The notes under the pieces were generated by a model. It saw nothing but the letters and a program-made list of their open reading frames with translations, had not been told where the DNA came from and did not search any database. The translations under genes and the position numbers were made by a program. Shown here one piece after another: positions 1 to 10,347 of a stretch of DNA of 64,000 nucleotides (the stretch's first letter is position 1; each line of letters begins with the position of its first letter). This stretch comes from Bdellovibrio sp. (GTDB taxonomy: Bacteria; Bdellovibrionota; Bdellovibrionia; Bdellovibrionales; Bdellovibrionaceae), in contig JAKFCY010000002.1 in assembly GCA_036676395.1 (NCBI GenBank), positions 192,001 through 256,000 on the forward strand. The letters run 5' to 3'.

Positions 1-35
1 GGCGATTATGCTTGGCTAATGACGCATTATTATTT

Positions 36-863
36 TTAAAGTCCTTTTAAAGTTTCAAGCATGAATTGAATTAAATTTTTTCTGTCGCTGGTTTGAAATT
101 TTGATTCGTGCACGATAAGGCATAAATCAAAATTCACCAGCTCTTGGCCAATCTGTTCTAGATTGTAGGCTTCAGCAATAGGGCTTGGCAGTATGCCGTA
201 GCAAGAATCTGCAGCAATGCTTGCTGCTATCACTTCATAATTTTGTACCGGAACTAATTTATACTGGTGTGACAGTTTTGAAATAATTTTTGGCGCTAAG
301 TACATATCTGGATTGTACATCAGCAGCACATGATTCTTTTTTTTCTTATAGATAGCCACGTGTTCGGCTCTAACTTTTTTAGGGATTAGATTTGGGTTTT
401 TAATAGGATTAATCACGAAGCCTAAATCCAGATCCAAGCGATTTACTTTTTGCGTGATTTCGGTCGAAGTACCAAACACCGAGGTCAGTTCAAATTCGAT
501 ATTTTGTTGGTAAAGCGCAGGGGCAAGCACTGGTAAAACCGTGCGTGCGATGACCGGGTGATAACCAATCGTTAAACGCTGTTGCCAGATGGCTAATGAT
601 TTTGATTGGTTTTGGGTTTTAAGCCATTCATTTTCTAAATGTTCGATCACTTCTTTAAGGTGGGCACCTGACGCCGTTAGCTTTAACCCCCGTGAAGTTC
701 GTTCAAAGAGTTTAGCTTTTTGTCCGTGTTCTAATTGCAGAATAATTTTAGACATGGCTGATTGACCCAAACCGTGGATTTCTGCCGCCTTACTGAGGTT
801 TAAAGTCGCGCAGCAGGTTTTAAAGTATTGATATTCTTTTTTAAACGGGGTTTCTTTTGTCAT
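36..863 (-). CDS. LysR-family transcriptional regulator
   Basis: N-terminal HTH 'NLSKAAEIHGLGQSAMSKIILQLE...LFERTSRGLKLT'; start placed at ATG 863 (the track starts at 890). Confidence 0.85.
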   Translation of the reverse strand: MTKETPFKKEYQYFKTCCATLNLSKAAEIHGLGQSAMSKIILQLEHGQKAKLFERTSRGLKLTASGAHLKEVIEHLENEWLKTQNQSKSLAIWQQRLTIGYHPVIARTVLPVLAPALYQQNIEFELTSVFGTSTEITQKVNRLDLDLGFVINPIKNPNLIPKKVRAEHVAIYKKKKNHVLLMYNPDMYLAPKIISKLSHQYKLVPVQNYEVIAASIAADSCYGILPSPIAEAYNLEQIGQELVNFDLCLIVHESKFQTSDRKNLIQFMLETLKGL

Positions 864-958
864 TCCATATAAGAATACCACATATTCCAAATAGTAAATA
901 ACTAAATTAAACCAGAAGTGCGATATGTAATTTAACCCAAGCGGGTAGGAGATTATTT

Positions 959-1372
959 ATGAAATTATTAATCATGAGTTTAGTGTTAGTTATCAGTTCT
1001 TATTCAATGGCTGGGGTGTTGCCACTTCAGGCTCAGCAAAGTTTAGATGGTATTGATACTGATATGGTGTTAGTGGATGCTAAAGGTATGTCACTTTACA
1101 TCTTCACTCCTGACACACCAGATGTTTCTAACTGTAAAGGTAACTGTCTAAAGGCATGGCCAGCGGCTAGTTTGACACCAGAAGAAGTTGAAAAAGTAAA
1201 AGCTTCAAAAACTTTTGGTGTTATTACCAGAGACGACGGTACAAAGCAGCTCACGCTTGATCGCCGCCCGTTATACTATTATGTGGGCGATGAAAATCCT
1301 GGTGATCGCGTAGGTCAAGGCATCGGTGGCGTGTGGTTTTTGTTAAAGGCTAACTTTTCTTTAAAGGAGTGA
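959..1372 (+). CDS. Secreted COG4315/Lipoprotein_15-repeat protein
   Basis: Signal peptide; 'GMSLYIF..D...SNC.G.C..AWP' and 'Q.T....PLYYY.GD..PGD..GQG.GGVW' motifs; AGGAG SD. Confidence 0.8.
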   Translation: MKLLIMSLVLVISSYSMAGVLPLQAQQSLDGIDTDMVLVDAKGMSLYIFTPDTPDVSNCKGNCLKAWPAASLTPEEVEKVKASKTFGVITRDDGTKQLTLDRRPLYYYVGDENPGDRVGQGIGGVWFLLKANFSLKE

Positions 1373-1374
1373 TG

Positions 1375-1734
1375 ATGAAAAACATTTTATTATTAGTAAC
1401 AGCATTTGCTCTTTTTTCTTGTGATTATAGCCGCACCAGCGGTGATGTCGATGAAGCATTACCACAAACAGGTTTAACTGATCCTAAGCCAGGTGAAGAG
1501 CCAGCAGTTCGTTTTGCCGATGTTCGCACTGCGGTGTTTGAAAGTTCGTGTGCCGGCTGTCATCAAAATAGAGGGTTAGATTTAAGTTTTGCTGATTACA
1601 CAAATACTAAAACTTTTGCTGCTAAAATTTTTGTGCGTGTTTTTGAAGATCGCGACATGCCACCGAAGACAAAGCTAACTGCTTTACAAGAACAAGTTTT
1701 AAGATCTTGGTTAGATAACGGTTCACCGGAATAA
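1375..1734 (+). CDS. c-type cytochrome lipoprotein
   Basis: Lipobox LFSC, heme motif CAGCH, distal 'MPP' Met. Confidence 0.75.
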   Translation: MKNILLLVTAFALFSCDYSRTSGDVDEALPQTGLTDPKPGEEPAVRFADVRTAVFESSCAGCHQNRGLDLSFADYTNTKTFAAKIFVRVFEDRDMPPKTKLTALQEQVLRSWLDNGSPE

Positions 1735-1826
1735 ATTTTGCTTTATGGGGTTAAAACGATCTGCAAACCAAAATATGGAATGCAGATCGTCTATTCGGGG
1801 TTAATCACCCCACCAAGGAGCCCCAG

Positions 1827-2747
1827 ATGAAACCGGCGTGGATACTTTTGTTCTCATTACTGTTTATATTCTCCTGCCAAAAAGAAAAAGCAGAAACGGT
1901 GACACCTATCCCGGCGCCGCCACCGGCACAGGATAAAAACGACGTTTGTGAAAAAATCAAATTAAGCGAAAATTATATTGAATCTGCCGGTATCATCGGT
2001 GGCAGTCGAGTCTTAGCGACAGATGCTGATTCTAAATCTACAGCCATGATTATTGCGACCGAAAAAAGCACGGGCAATTCATTTGTTTGTACAGCTACGC
2101 CAATCACTTCACGCACCTTAATCACGGCAGCCCATTGTTTAGACCGTGCGGCTAAAGTCACAGCCGTTTTTTATGCCGACCTCACGTGCGCCAGTGGCTT
2201 TAGATTTAGCCGCGATACCATTCGTGCCACAGATTTTAAATATCATCCAGACTATAATCCCAACACCATGAATAGTGCTAATCCTGATATTGGTTTAGTG
2301 CATTTAGCTTCAGAGATTAAGCCGGGTTATCCCATCTATGAAATTAATCATGCGCCTGAAACTTTAAATTCAGAATTACTTTTATACGGGTACGGAATTA
2401 CCGGTTCAAATAATAGCGATAGTACCGTATTACGTAAGGTGACTCTTGCGCGGGCCGAGTATGGTTTTGAACTTAGCTCGATTGTGATTGAAAATAATGG
2501 TATGCGCGGAATATGCCTTGGCGACTCTGGGGGGCCAGGGCTTGTGCGTGTCGCAGACAAATTGCAAATTGCCAGCGTAAATTCATTTGGCTATGGCCCA
2601 CGTAATGATGTGTGCGGCGGGCGCAGCAGTTTGATTTTGATTCATCCGTTTATGCCGTGGATTCGTGAAACCTTAAATAAATGGGGCGAAGCCTTGCAAG
2701 AACCCCAGATTCCAGCCTTGCCGCCAGGGCCGCCAGCAGTTAATTAG
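1827..2747 (+). CDS. Trypsin-like (S1) serine protease lipoprotein
   Basis: Lipobox IFSC; IIGG, TAAHC, DIG, GDSGGP. Confidence 0.9.
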   Translation: MKPAWILLFSLLFIFSCQKEKAETVTPIPAPPPAQDKNDVCEKIKLSENYIESAGIIGGSRVLATDADSKSTAMIIATEKSTGNSFVCTATPITSRTLITAAHCLDRAAKVTAVFYADLTCASGFRFSRDTIRATDFKYHPDYNPNTMNSANPDIGLVHLASEIKPGYPIYEINHAPETLNSELLLYGYGITGSNNSDSTVLRKVTLARAEYGFELSSIVIENNGMRGICLGDSGGPGLVRVADKLQIASVNSFGYGPRNDVCGGRSSLILIHPFMPWIRETLNKWGEALQEPQIPALPPGPPAVN

Positions 2748-3408
2748 TGCGCAACTCAACCGGCGTATCGATTTGGCAAAATGGATGCGCTTTTTTGAAA
2801 GCTTCAAGATTATTGCAGTGATTTACAATTTTAGCGATCAACTGAAAATTCTCTAACGGAACCTTAAATCTGTTGGCCGTAAAAATTTGCGGCACTAAGA
2901 ATAAATCAGCTGCAGTGATTTCATCACCAAAGCAAAAAAGACCAGAATGTTTTTCTAACATTTTTTCACAAGCTGCAAGACCTGCAATGGTCCATGAGTG
3001 AATCCACTTTGTTTTTTGTTCTTCGGTCGCCGAAAAGTTTTTTTCTAAATATTGTATTGTGCGTAAATTACCATAAGCGTGGGTATCGGCATTGATGTTT
3101 TCGCAAAACTGTTTGATCAAGGCTTTTTTATACGGGTCTTTTGAAAACAGTTGATAGCTTTGGGGAAAAGCATCGTCTAAATATTCAACGATCGCGATTG
3201 ATTGACCAATCACATTTTTTTCATGAACTAAGGTTGGTACGCCGCCCATGGGGTTTAAGGCGCGGTATTCTGCAGAATGCTGTTCGCCGCCGTTATTCAG
3301 TAAATGCACGGGCTTATATTCGTAAGATAGTTTTTTAACTTCTAAAGCTAGGCGCACACGGTACGATGTAGAACTTCGAAAATAATTGAAAAGCACTAAT
3401 TTATCCAT
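2740..3408 (-). CDS. maiA: Maleylacetoacetate isomerase (GST zeta)
   Basis: 'YFRSSTSYRVRLAL', 'LNPMGGVPTL', C-terminal 'AHP..QIDTP'; start at ATG 3408. Confidence 0.85.
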   Translation of the reverse strand: MDKLVLFNYFRSSTSYRVRLALEVKKLSYEYKPVHLLNNGGEQHSAEYRALNPMGGVPTLVHEKNVIGQSIAIVEYLDDAFPQSYQLFSKDPYKKALIKQFCENINADTHAYGNLRTIQYLEKNFSATEEQKTKWIHSWTIAGLAACEKMLEKHSGLFCFGDEITAADLFLVPQIFTANRFKVPLENFQLIAKIVNHCNNLEAFKKAHPFCQIDTPVELRTN

Positions 3409-3547
3409 AAGGCCCTTAGTTTGATTGGGTGTGGCTAAAACTCCAACAGATGTCGCAGGTCGCCAATGTGTTGCTCGACTCGAGACCAATGGTTTTTGCG
3501 TGCAGCTCGCCGATGACAGGAGTAAGCTGAGCCTAATCGGAGGAACT

Positions 3548-4123
3548 ATGTTCAAAAATTTATTAACAACAGTGTCTATGATCTTAATGGCTTCGGTAGC
3601 CCATGCTGAAATTGCATACTCTATGCCAGCCCTTGAAGTGGGTTTCAAATTAAACACTATGGATGCCGACACTTCGACATCGAACAAACAGTCCAACGCA
3701 TTTCAGGGCGGTGGTTCGATTGTTTTTGATTTTGGTGACAGCGGTTTTGGCTTAAAAACAGGTTTGATGTATTCAGAACGTACTTTTAAAAATGAATTTA
3801 ACATTGGTCTTACCACGCAAGAGGGTAAAATCACTTATTTCGATATTCCGTTACAAGTGATGTTTAAATTTGAAGATTATGCTGGCATCTATTTTGGCCC
3901 ATCATTTTCAACTAAATTAGGCGATGAGTGCAAAACGAACACGGGCTCTTGCACTTTAACGAATATTAAATCATCAATTATGCCAATGACTTTTGGTGCG
4001 CAATTTAAAATGGCTGCTAATCTTGGCTTAAGTTTATTTTTTGAAACATTTTCTGGAGAAGTGGCGCAAGGGCTTAAAGCTTCTCGCGGCGTCGGTGCCA
4101 ATTTATTATTCGTATTTGACTAG
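3548..4123 (+). CDS. Outer-membrane beta-barrel protein
   Basis: GGAGG SD, signal peptide, alternating beta-strand pattern, terminal aromatic residue. Confidence 0.7.
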   Translation: MFKNLLTTVSMILMASVAHAEIAYSMPALEVGFKLNTMDADTSTSNKQSNAFQGGGSIVFDFGDSGFGLKTGLMYSERTFKNEFNIGLTTQEGKITYFDIPLQVMFKFEDYAGIYFGPSFSTKLGDECKTNTGSCTLTNIKSSIMPMTFGAQFKMAANLGLSLFFETFSGEVAQGLKASRGVGANLLFVFD

Positions 4124-4173
4124 TAAAATATTCGTCTTCGACAAAATGTTTATATAAAAGGAATTCAGGACTC

Positions 4174-5157
4174 ATGAAATTAGCAACACTTAAAACTAAA
4201 AATTCTAAAGATGGTGAATTGGTTATTGTTAGCCGCGATGGCAGAAATTTTGTTTCGGCTAAAGACATTTCGCCTAATTTATTACAAGCTATGGATAACT
4301 GGTCAGTTGTTGAACCCCAATTAAAACAACGTTACGACCAGTTAAATAGCGGAAGTGTTGCGGGCCAACAGCCAGTTTCTAGTCCTACCCTTTTTGCCTC
4401 AGCGTTGCCACGCACATGGCTTTTTGCTGATGGATCAGCCTTTATTCATCATATTAAACTTGTGCGTAAGGCGCGTAATGCGGCCTTACCAGAAACTTTG
4501 TTAACTGTTCCTTTAATGTACCAAGCTGAAAGCGGAAAATTCTTAGATCCTATCGAAGATATTCCCCAGCGCGACTTTGCTCACGGTACGGATTTTGAAG
4601 CTGAAGTGGGTGTGATCGTAGACCATGTTCCGATGGGAGTGACCCCCGAACAGGCCCTTAATCACATTAAGTTACTCGTTTTGATTAACGATGTTTCCCT
4701 GCGCGGCTTGATTCCAGAGGAGTTAGCGCAGGGGTTTGGTTTTTTTCAAAGTAAACCTAATAGCGCGTTATCTCCATTAGCACTTACAATTGATGAATTA
4801 GGTTCGGCGTGGAAAGACGGCCGTGTGCAGTTACCATTAAACGTAACATATAACGGAAAATTTTTCGGTAAAGCTAATGCTAAAGAAATGCATTTTCACT
4901 TTGGACAATTAATCGCTCACGCGGCAAAAACTCGTGATCTTGCAGCGGGCTCGTTAATCGGCAGCGGTACTGTAGCTAACGAAGATATAACTATGGGTTC
5001 AAGTTGCTTGGCTGAAAAGCGCACGTTAGAAACAATCAATAATGGTAAAGCAGAAACTCCATTTATGAAAGTCGGCGATACCATTGAAATTGAAATGTTC
5101 AATGACAAAGGTGAAAGTCTATTTGGCCGTATTTCGCAAAAAGTTGCTCAAAGATAG
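4174..5157 (+). CDS. Fumarylacetoacetate hydrolase family protein
   Basis: 'MKLATLK...DG.LV.VSRD', 'DFEAE', 'NDVSLR', 'GSGTV'. Confidence 0.9.
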   Translation: MKLATLKTKNSKDGELVIVSRDGRNFVSAKDISPNLLQAMDNWSVVEPQLKQRYDQLNSGSVAGQQPVSSPTLFASALPRTWLFADGSAFIHHIKLVRKARNAALPETLLTVPLMYQAESGKFLDPIEDIPQRDFAHGTDFEAEVGVIVDHVPMGVTPEQALNHIKLLVLINDVSLRGLIPEELAQGFGFFQSKPNSALSPLALTIDELGSAWKDGRVQLPLNVTYNGKFFGKANAKEMHFHFGQLIAHAAKTRDLAAGSLIGSGTVANEDITMGSSCLAEKRTLETINNGKAETPFMKVGDTIEIEMFNDKGESLFGRISQKVAQR

Positions 5158-6054
5158 ATGAAGCACTTTTCGGTCCATAAGAATTTTTTTCCAGAAGCTA
5201 AAAAACTTCGTTCTGAATTTGATCAGAATTTTTCTAACCCACGCACAACAGATAATAAACGTTTTGTGTGGGATTACTGGTACTTCGAAGATCAGTACCA
5301 TTTAATTAGAACCCCAGCTTTTTATTATTTCACAAAAAAGATTTATCAAAATTTTCACTCGCAACTTGTACAGTGGGGTCGTGAAAATTTAGGCTGTCAT
5401 GATATCTCGCCTCCGTGGATGAGTTATTATGTCGATGGCTGTTACCAGAATTTACATTCTGATGTTCCGCATGGCCCGTGGGCTTTTGTGTATTCATTAA
5501 CGATTGATCCTAAAGCTTTTCGCGGTGGTGAAACGTTAATCATGAAGCCAGATGTTTTAGATTACTGGCCAGGTTTTCAAGATCAGCAAGATCGCGAATA
5601 CCAAAGTTTTGTTGATCGTGTGCCGGCTAATTTTAATCAGTTAGTTGTCTTTGATCCACGTTTTCCACACGGGGTAACCGAAGTTAAAGGCACGCGTGAT
5701 CCACAAAAGGCGCGTTTAGTGATTCATGGTTGGTTCGTCGAGCCGCGCCCCTATGTGGTCGGCGGATTAACAACCGCGCAGGTGCAAAAGCCGTTATCAG
5801 AAGCGATGTTTGTGTTCTCGGAAGAAATCGCTAAACTTAATCCTTCGCACGGAACAGTGTCGCTGCGCTTAGAAATTTCTACAGCCGGAAACGTTGTGAA
5901 CTATCAAGAAGTAACAAATACGTTAATTTCATTAGTGCATGAAGAAAAAGAAATTCTTCACACTAAAAAATTGATGAAGAGTCTTTTTACGCAAATGCAG
6001 TTTCCGAAATCTAAGAAAAAGTCGTTTTTAACGATTCCAATTTTATTTAAATAG
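5158..6054 (+). CDS. 2OG-Fe(II) oxygenase family protein
   Basis: HxD ('LHSD'), 'GGET', 'HGV..V', R motif. Confidence 0.75.
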   Translation: MKHFSVHKNFFPEAKKLRSEFDQNFSNPRTTDNKRFVWDYWYFEDQYHLIRTPAFYYFTKKIYQNFHSQLVQWGRENLGCHDISPPWMSYYVDGCYQNLHSDVPHGPWAFVYSLTIDPKAFRGGETLIMKPDVLDYWPGFQDQQDREYQSFVDRVPANFNQLVVFDPRFPHGVTEVKGTRDPQKARLVIHGWFVEPRPYVVGGLTTAQVQKPLSEAMFVFSEEIAKLNPSHGTVSLRLEISTAGNVVNYQEVTNTLISLVHEEKEILHTKKLMKSLFTQMQFPKSKKKSFLTIPILFK

Positions 6055-6063
6055 AAGGTTCTT

Positions 6064-7017
6064 ATGACTCTGACCCAATTAAGTTATGTTGTAGCTGTTG
6101 ATAAATATAAAAACTTTGGCCAAGCCGCTGAAAGTTGTTCGATCACCCAGCCAACATTATCAATGCAGATTCAAAAGTTAGAAGAAGAACTGGGTGTACA
6201 AATTTTTGATCGCAGTCACCAGCCTGTGAAAACGACAAAAATCGGGGCAGCCTTAGTTATTCAGGCGCGAGTGATTTTAACAGAGAGCCAACATTTTCAT
6301 GAAATTATTCAAGACAGCAACGGCGAAGTTAAAGGTGAGGTAACGATTGGTGTAATTCCGACGTTAGCGCCATACTTATTGCCATTATTCTTAAAAAAAT
6401 TCAGTGTTAAGCACCCGAATTTACAAATCCATGTTGAAGAGCTGCAAACTGAACAGATCATCGAACGTCTTAAAGCAAGTTCTTTAGACGTAGGGTTATT
6501 AGTTACGCCGATTGAAGATGTACACCTTGAATCAGTTCCTCTTTTTTATGAACCGTTTATGGTTTATGCTTCTGAAAAAAGTGCTTTAATGAGTAAAGCT
6601 AAAGTTCAGCAGACTGATTTAAACTCGAATGATTTATGGTTATTAACTGAAGGCCATTGTTTTCGTGATCAATCGCTAACGATTTGTCGTAACCGCAAAA
6701 AAACTACAGATATCAATCGCAATATTAAATTAGAATCAGGAAGTCTTGAAACTTTACGTCGTATGGTTGATCAAGAAACTGGTTTTACATTGTTACCGTA
6801 TTTAGCGGCCCAAGATGTCGATAATAAAAAGCAACTTAAAGAATTTGCCTCGCCAATTCCAACACGTGAAGTAAGTTTGATCTATAATGTCCACTTTAAA
6901 CGTAATGCTTTTAAAGAATCTTTGATTGAAACCATTCAAAAAACATTACCTAAAGAAATTCATGTGACGCCGGCTAAAAACACTCAGATCGTGGATTTGC
7001 CGATGGGTAATAAATAA
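6064..7017 (+). CDS. oxyR: Hydrogen-peroxide-inducible LysR regulator OxyR
   Basis: 'QPTLSMQIQKLEEELG', 'GHCFRDQ....C', 'SLETLRRMV'. Confidence 0.85.
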   Translation: MTLTQLSYVVAVDKYKNFGQAAESCSITQPTLSMQIQKLEEELGVQIFDRSHQPVKTTKIGAALVIQARVILTESQHFHEIIQDSNGEVKGEVTIGVIPTLAPYLLPLFLKKFSVKHPNLQIHVEELQTEQIIERLKASSLDVGLLVTPIEDVHLESVPLFYEPFMVYASEKSALMSKAKVQQTDLNSNDLWLLTEGHCFRDQSLTICRNRKKTTDINRNIKLESGSLETLRRMVDQETGFTLLPYLAAQDVDNKKQLKEFASPIPTREVSLIYNVHFKRNAFKESLIETIQKTLPKEIHVTPAKNTQIVDLPMGNK

Positions 7018-7020
7018 TTT

Positions 7021-7431
7021 CTAAACAAATAAAATTTCAACAGGAACTTGCACGTCAGGGTGTAATGATTTTTTCACCGGGCACATGTCTGCAATTTCAG
7101 GAATTCTTTTTTTGAATTCTTCTGGTATTGTATTCGGAAACTTACATATTGTTTTTAACGACGCTATTCTTCTTGGTGGCGGAGTCATTATTTTTTCTGT
7201 GTACGAAGTGGCGCCTACGATAGAGATATTTTCTTTTTCGGCATGAATAGCCACTGTCGTTAAAATACATGTTCCAAGCGCTGTAGCTACTAGGTCAGTC
7301 GGTGAAAACGTTTCGCCTAACCCGTTATTATCTTTTGGGGCGTCAGTTTGAATTTGAGAATTTGAGGGGCCGTGCGTGGCTTCGCAATGTTTTTGCCCTG
7401 TGTATTTTGAACTGATGTTTACCATATGCAT
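7021..7431 (-). CDS. OsmC/Ohr family protein
   Basis: 'TDAP..NNG.G..FSPTDLVA.ALG.C', 'CPV..SL'. Confidence 0.85.
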   Translation of the reverse strand: MHMVNISSKYTGQKHCEATHGPSNSQIQTDAPKDNNGLGETFSPTDLVATALGTCILTTVAIHAEKENISIVGATSYTEKIMTPPPRRIASLKTICKFPNTIPEEFKKRIPEIADMCPVKKSLHPDVQVPVEILFV

Positions 7432-7473
7432 GTACCTCTTGCTTTTGTTGTATATTCAGGTATCTGTTAAGTC

Positions 7474-8376
7474 ATGAATTTACGTACGTTGTTATCTTTA
7501 TTGGCAGTGGTTTTCGTGGTTTCTGGCTGTACTCAATCTAAAGAATTAGGCAGTAAGAAAAATCCGTTTAAGTTTTATATTGTTCCGGCCCAAGATGTTG
7601 TGGCTTTAAAAGAACAAGGGCAAAAATTAGCGTCTTTTTTAGAAAAAGAAACGGGCATGTTCGTTCAAATCGAACTTCCGATTAACTATATTGCTTTAGT
7701 GGAAGCATTTGGTTCTAAGCGCGCTGATGCGGCAATAATTAATACTTTCGGATATATCTTGGCTAACGAAAAATACGGTGTTCAGGCACGACTGAAGCTG
7801 ATGAATCGTGGCCGCGATGAATATTACGGGCAAATTATTGCTCGCGTAGACGGGCCTAAATCTATTAAAGAATTAAACGGCAAAAAATTTGCTTTTGTTG
7901 ATCCAGCGTCAACTTCTGGTTATTTGTTACCGCTGCGGTTATTTAAACAAGAAAACGTAAAACTTAAAGAATTTATGTTTGCCGGCAAGCATGACACGGT
8001 TGTGCGCGCGGTTTATCAAAAACAAGTTGATGCCGGTGCTACATTTTATACGCCACCTGATGATGACGGCACACCCAAAGATGCGCGTTGGATTTTACGT
8101 ACTGAGTATCCTGATGTTTATGAAAAGATTAAAATTTTAAAATTAACTGGACCGATTCCGAATGATCCGGTGATTTTTAGAAAAGATATTCCTGAAGAAG
8201 TAAAACAGAAATTCGCTGATGCTTTGATTAAATATATTAAAACTGACGAAGGTAAGAATGTTTTATTAGGTATGTATCATATTACTGATTTCAAAGCGGC
8301 ATCTGATAAAGACTACGATCTTGTACGCAGTTACCTAAAAGACTTAGGACAAACTGCGCAAGGCTTTATAAAATAA
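7474..8376 (+). CDS. Phosphate/phosphonate ABC substrate-binding lipoprotein (PhnD-like)
   Basis: Lipobox VSGC; 'AFVDPASTSGYLLP', 'GKHD'; no cognate permease adjacent. Confidence 0.8.
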   Translation: MNLRTLLSLLAVVFVVSGCTQSKELGSKKNPFKFYIVPAQDVVALKEQGQKLASFLEKETGMFVQIELPINYIALVEAFGSKRADAAIINTFGYILANEKYGVQARLKLMNRGRDEYYGQIIARVDGPKSIKELNGKKFAFVDPASTSGYLLPLRLFKQENVKLKEFMFAGKHDTVVRAVYQKQVDAGATFYTPPDDDGTPKDARWILRTEYPDVYEKIKILKLTGPIPNDPVIFRKDIPEEVKQKFADALIKYIKTDEGKNVLLGMYHITDFKAASDKDYDLVRSYLKDLGQTAQGFIK

Positions 8377-9141
8377 TTAGTATTTACGAAGAAGAGCTTT
8401 AACTAAACCTTTGATATCAACTTGTTGTGGCGCATACCACATTGAAGTTAAACGAGGGTTAGCTGGGCGTAATTCAATCGCTTTAGTGCTTGTTGAAATC
8501 TCTGGATTCTTTTTCATGTAAAAGCGCTTAACAGTAGCGCCTTCTTCGATGCCTGCAACAACAAGATCGCCATCTTTGGCATTCTTTTGTGAAAGCACGA
8601 CAAGAAAGTCTCCATCAAAGATACCTTCATCGATCATTGAATCACCTTCAACTTTTAAAGCGAAGTAATCACCAGGTGATTTCATAAAATTCACCGGCAC
8701 ATCGATGAATTCACCTTCGTGAATACGTTCGATCGGTGAGCCGGCAGCTACGCGGCCTAAGAAAGGGATAGGAAGAACCTTCGAATCTTGTCCGTGGAGA
8801 CTTTGGGAAGACTGACCAGCGAAGGAGCTCTTCGAAGGTTCTTTCACTAAATTAAGATTAGGCTGACCCAAACGACTTGCTAAATCTTTTTGAAAGTCTT
8901 CAGCAGAGTGCAAGATTTGGATCGCGCGTTTTTGATTCTGAGGAATTAGCAAATATCCTTTTGTGCTCAGCTGCTTTAAATAATTTTGAACTGAGTTAAA
9001 AGATGCAAAGCCAAAGTGATCACAGATCTCTTGATAAGACGGTGATACGCCTTTAGAGATCAGTTCCTGCTCAATAAATTGCAGGACTGATTTCTCTTTG
9101 GCAGTTAACGGTGGGAGGGGCGAGTTTGCATGTTTCTTCAT
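8377..9141 (-). CDS. lexA: SOS repressor LexA
   Basis: wHTH 'PSYQEI..HFGFAS', cleavage site 'GRVAAG', 'GDSM', 'TVKR'. Confidence 0.95.
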   Translation of the reverse strand: MKKHANSPLPPLTAKEKSVLQFIEQELISKGVSPSYQEICDHFGFASFNSVQNYLKQLSTKGYLLIPQNQKRAIQILHSAEDFQKDLASRLGQPNLNLVKEPSKSSFAGQSSQSLHGQDSKVLPIPFLGRVAAGSPIERIHEGEFIDVPVNFMKSPGDYFALKVEGDSMIDEGIFDGDFLVVLSQKNAKDGDLVVAGIEEGATVKRFYMKKNPEISTSTKAIELRPANPRLTSMWYAPQQVDIKGLVKALLRKY

Positions 9142-9149
9142 ACACATAA

Positions 9150-9162
9150 CTTACAGTGTAAG
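9150..9162. promoter_or_regulatory. LexA operator (TTAC-N3-GTAA) overlapping the lexA promoter
   Basis: Palindrome CTTAC-AGT-GTAAG immediately upstream of lexA; matches the Bdellovibrio-type box as I recall it; minus-strand TTGACT -35 at 9177-9172. Confidence 0.75.
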
Positions 9163-9187
9163 AAATATGTAAGTCAACAGCTTATTT

Positions 9188-9376
9188 TTATAATTTTTCT
9201 TTAGGACCATGGCCTGGTTGATCTGGCAGGCTGGCCGGTTTTTTCTCGCCAGAAGGCTCAGGGGCATTCACGGTGTGCTTCGGCGCGGAAGAACAGTTCT
9301 GATAGAACAATAAAACAAACGGATTCGCGATGAATAACAGGGCTAACATTAAACTACTCTTTTTCGCCATTAACAT
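9188..9376 (-). CDS. Small lipoprotein
   Basis: AAGGAG SD; hydrophobic stretch ending 'YQNC' (lipobox variant). Confidence 0.6.
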   Translation of the reverse strand: MLMAKKSSLMLALLFIANPFVLLFYQNCSSAPKHTVNAPEPSGEKKPASLPDQPGHGPKEKL

Positions 9377-9477
9377 ATCTCCTTAAACTAAAGTCTGGTC
9401 TCGGCATAAATTACCTATCGGAGTGTGCGAGAAAAAACCTGAGGACTTTTTTGCACAGATATGGTCATATTTTGAGA

Positions 9478-10341
9478 ATGCAATTCTTCAGTCTCATTTT
9501 GATCACAGTAAACTTATTTTCGATGAATGCCGGGGCGCAAGTTTCTCAGACCGAAACTGTTTCTGGTGCGGTTGTGCAAGACGCGCAAACATTATCGCAG
9601 TGGTGTATTGAATCTTTAGGTAAATACAAAAATTATAAAGCTCAGTCTAATCTTGAGAAATCTTGTGAAAAGATTTTGCAAAAACAAGGTTGCGCTTCTG
9701 TCGATGGCAAACCCATTTTTCACCTCGATCAAAAAGGTAAAAATAACAAAGCCAAAAATATTTTAGTGATCAGTGTTATTCACGGTGATGAAATCGGTGC
9801 CGGGTCGCTAGGCCGTTATTGGTTTGAACGCGTGCAAGAAATTGATCCGCGTAATAACTGGCGTATTATTCCTATCGCAAATCCTGATGGTGCACTTAAA
9901 AAGACTCGCACCAATGCAGCTGGTGTTGATTTGAATCGTAATTTTCCAACGGCTGACTGGGAAGCCGAAGCCACGAAATTCTGGAAAAATAAATCTCAGG
10001 GTTCAGTACGTAAATTTCCTGGTGAAAAACCAGCAAGTGAACCAGAAGTGAATTGCTTAATGGATCATATTCAGGAATTCAAGCCACAGTTTGTAATTTC
10101 AGTACATACACCACTGAATGTTTTAGATTATGATGGGCCGAAGGTGCCAGCACCGAATTACAGTTATTTACCTTGGCGTCGTTTAGGAAATTTTCCGGGC
10201 AGTCTTGGAAGATATCTTTGGGTCGAACAAAAAATTCCGGTATTAACAGCTGAATTAAAACCTAATTTACCTGTAGGCAGCAAGGTGTTTGATCAGTTGC
10301 AAGATGTGATCGGTCAGCTTGTACAAACCGATTTAAAATAA
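9478..10341 (+). CDS. Secreted M14 zinc carboxypeptidase (MpaA-like murein peptide amidase)
   Basis: 'IHGDE', 'NPDG', 'RTNAAGVDLNRNFP', 'SEPE', 'PGSLG...E'. Confidence 0.8.
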   Translation: MQFFSLILITVNLFSMNAGAQVSQTETVSGAVVQDAQTLSQWCIESLGKYKNYKAQSNLEKSCEKILQKQGCASVDGKPIFHLDQKGKNNKAKNILVISVIHGDEIGAGSLGRYWFERVQEIDPRNNWRIIPIANPDGALKKTRTNAAGVDLNRNFPTADWEAEATKFWKNKSQGSVRKFPGEKPASEPEVNCLMDHIQEFKPQFVISVHTPLNVLDYDGPKVPAPNYSYLPWRRLGNFPGSLGRYLWVEQKIPVLTAELKPNLPVGSKVFDQLQDVIGQLVQTDLK

Positions 10342-10347
10342 TTAAAA

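Noticed and set aside
2740..4123. Apparent overlap of the extended maiA (to 3696) and OMP (from 3425) ORFs
   Set aside because: Artefact of longest-ORF calling; likely starts are 3408 and 3548
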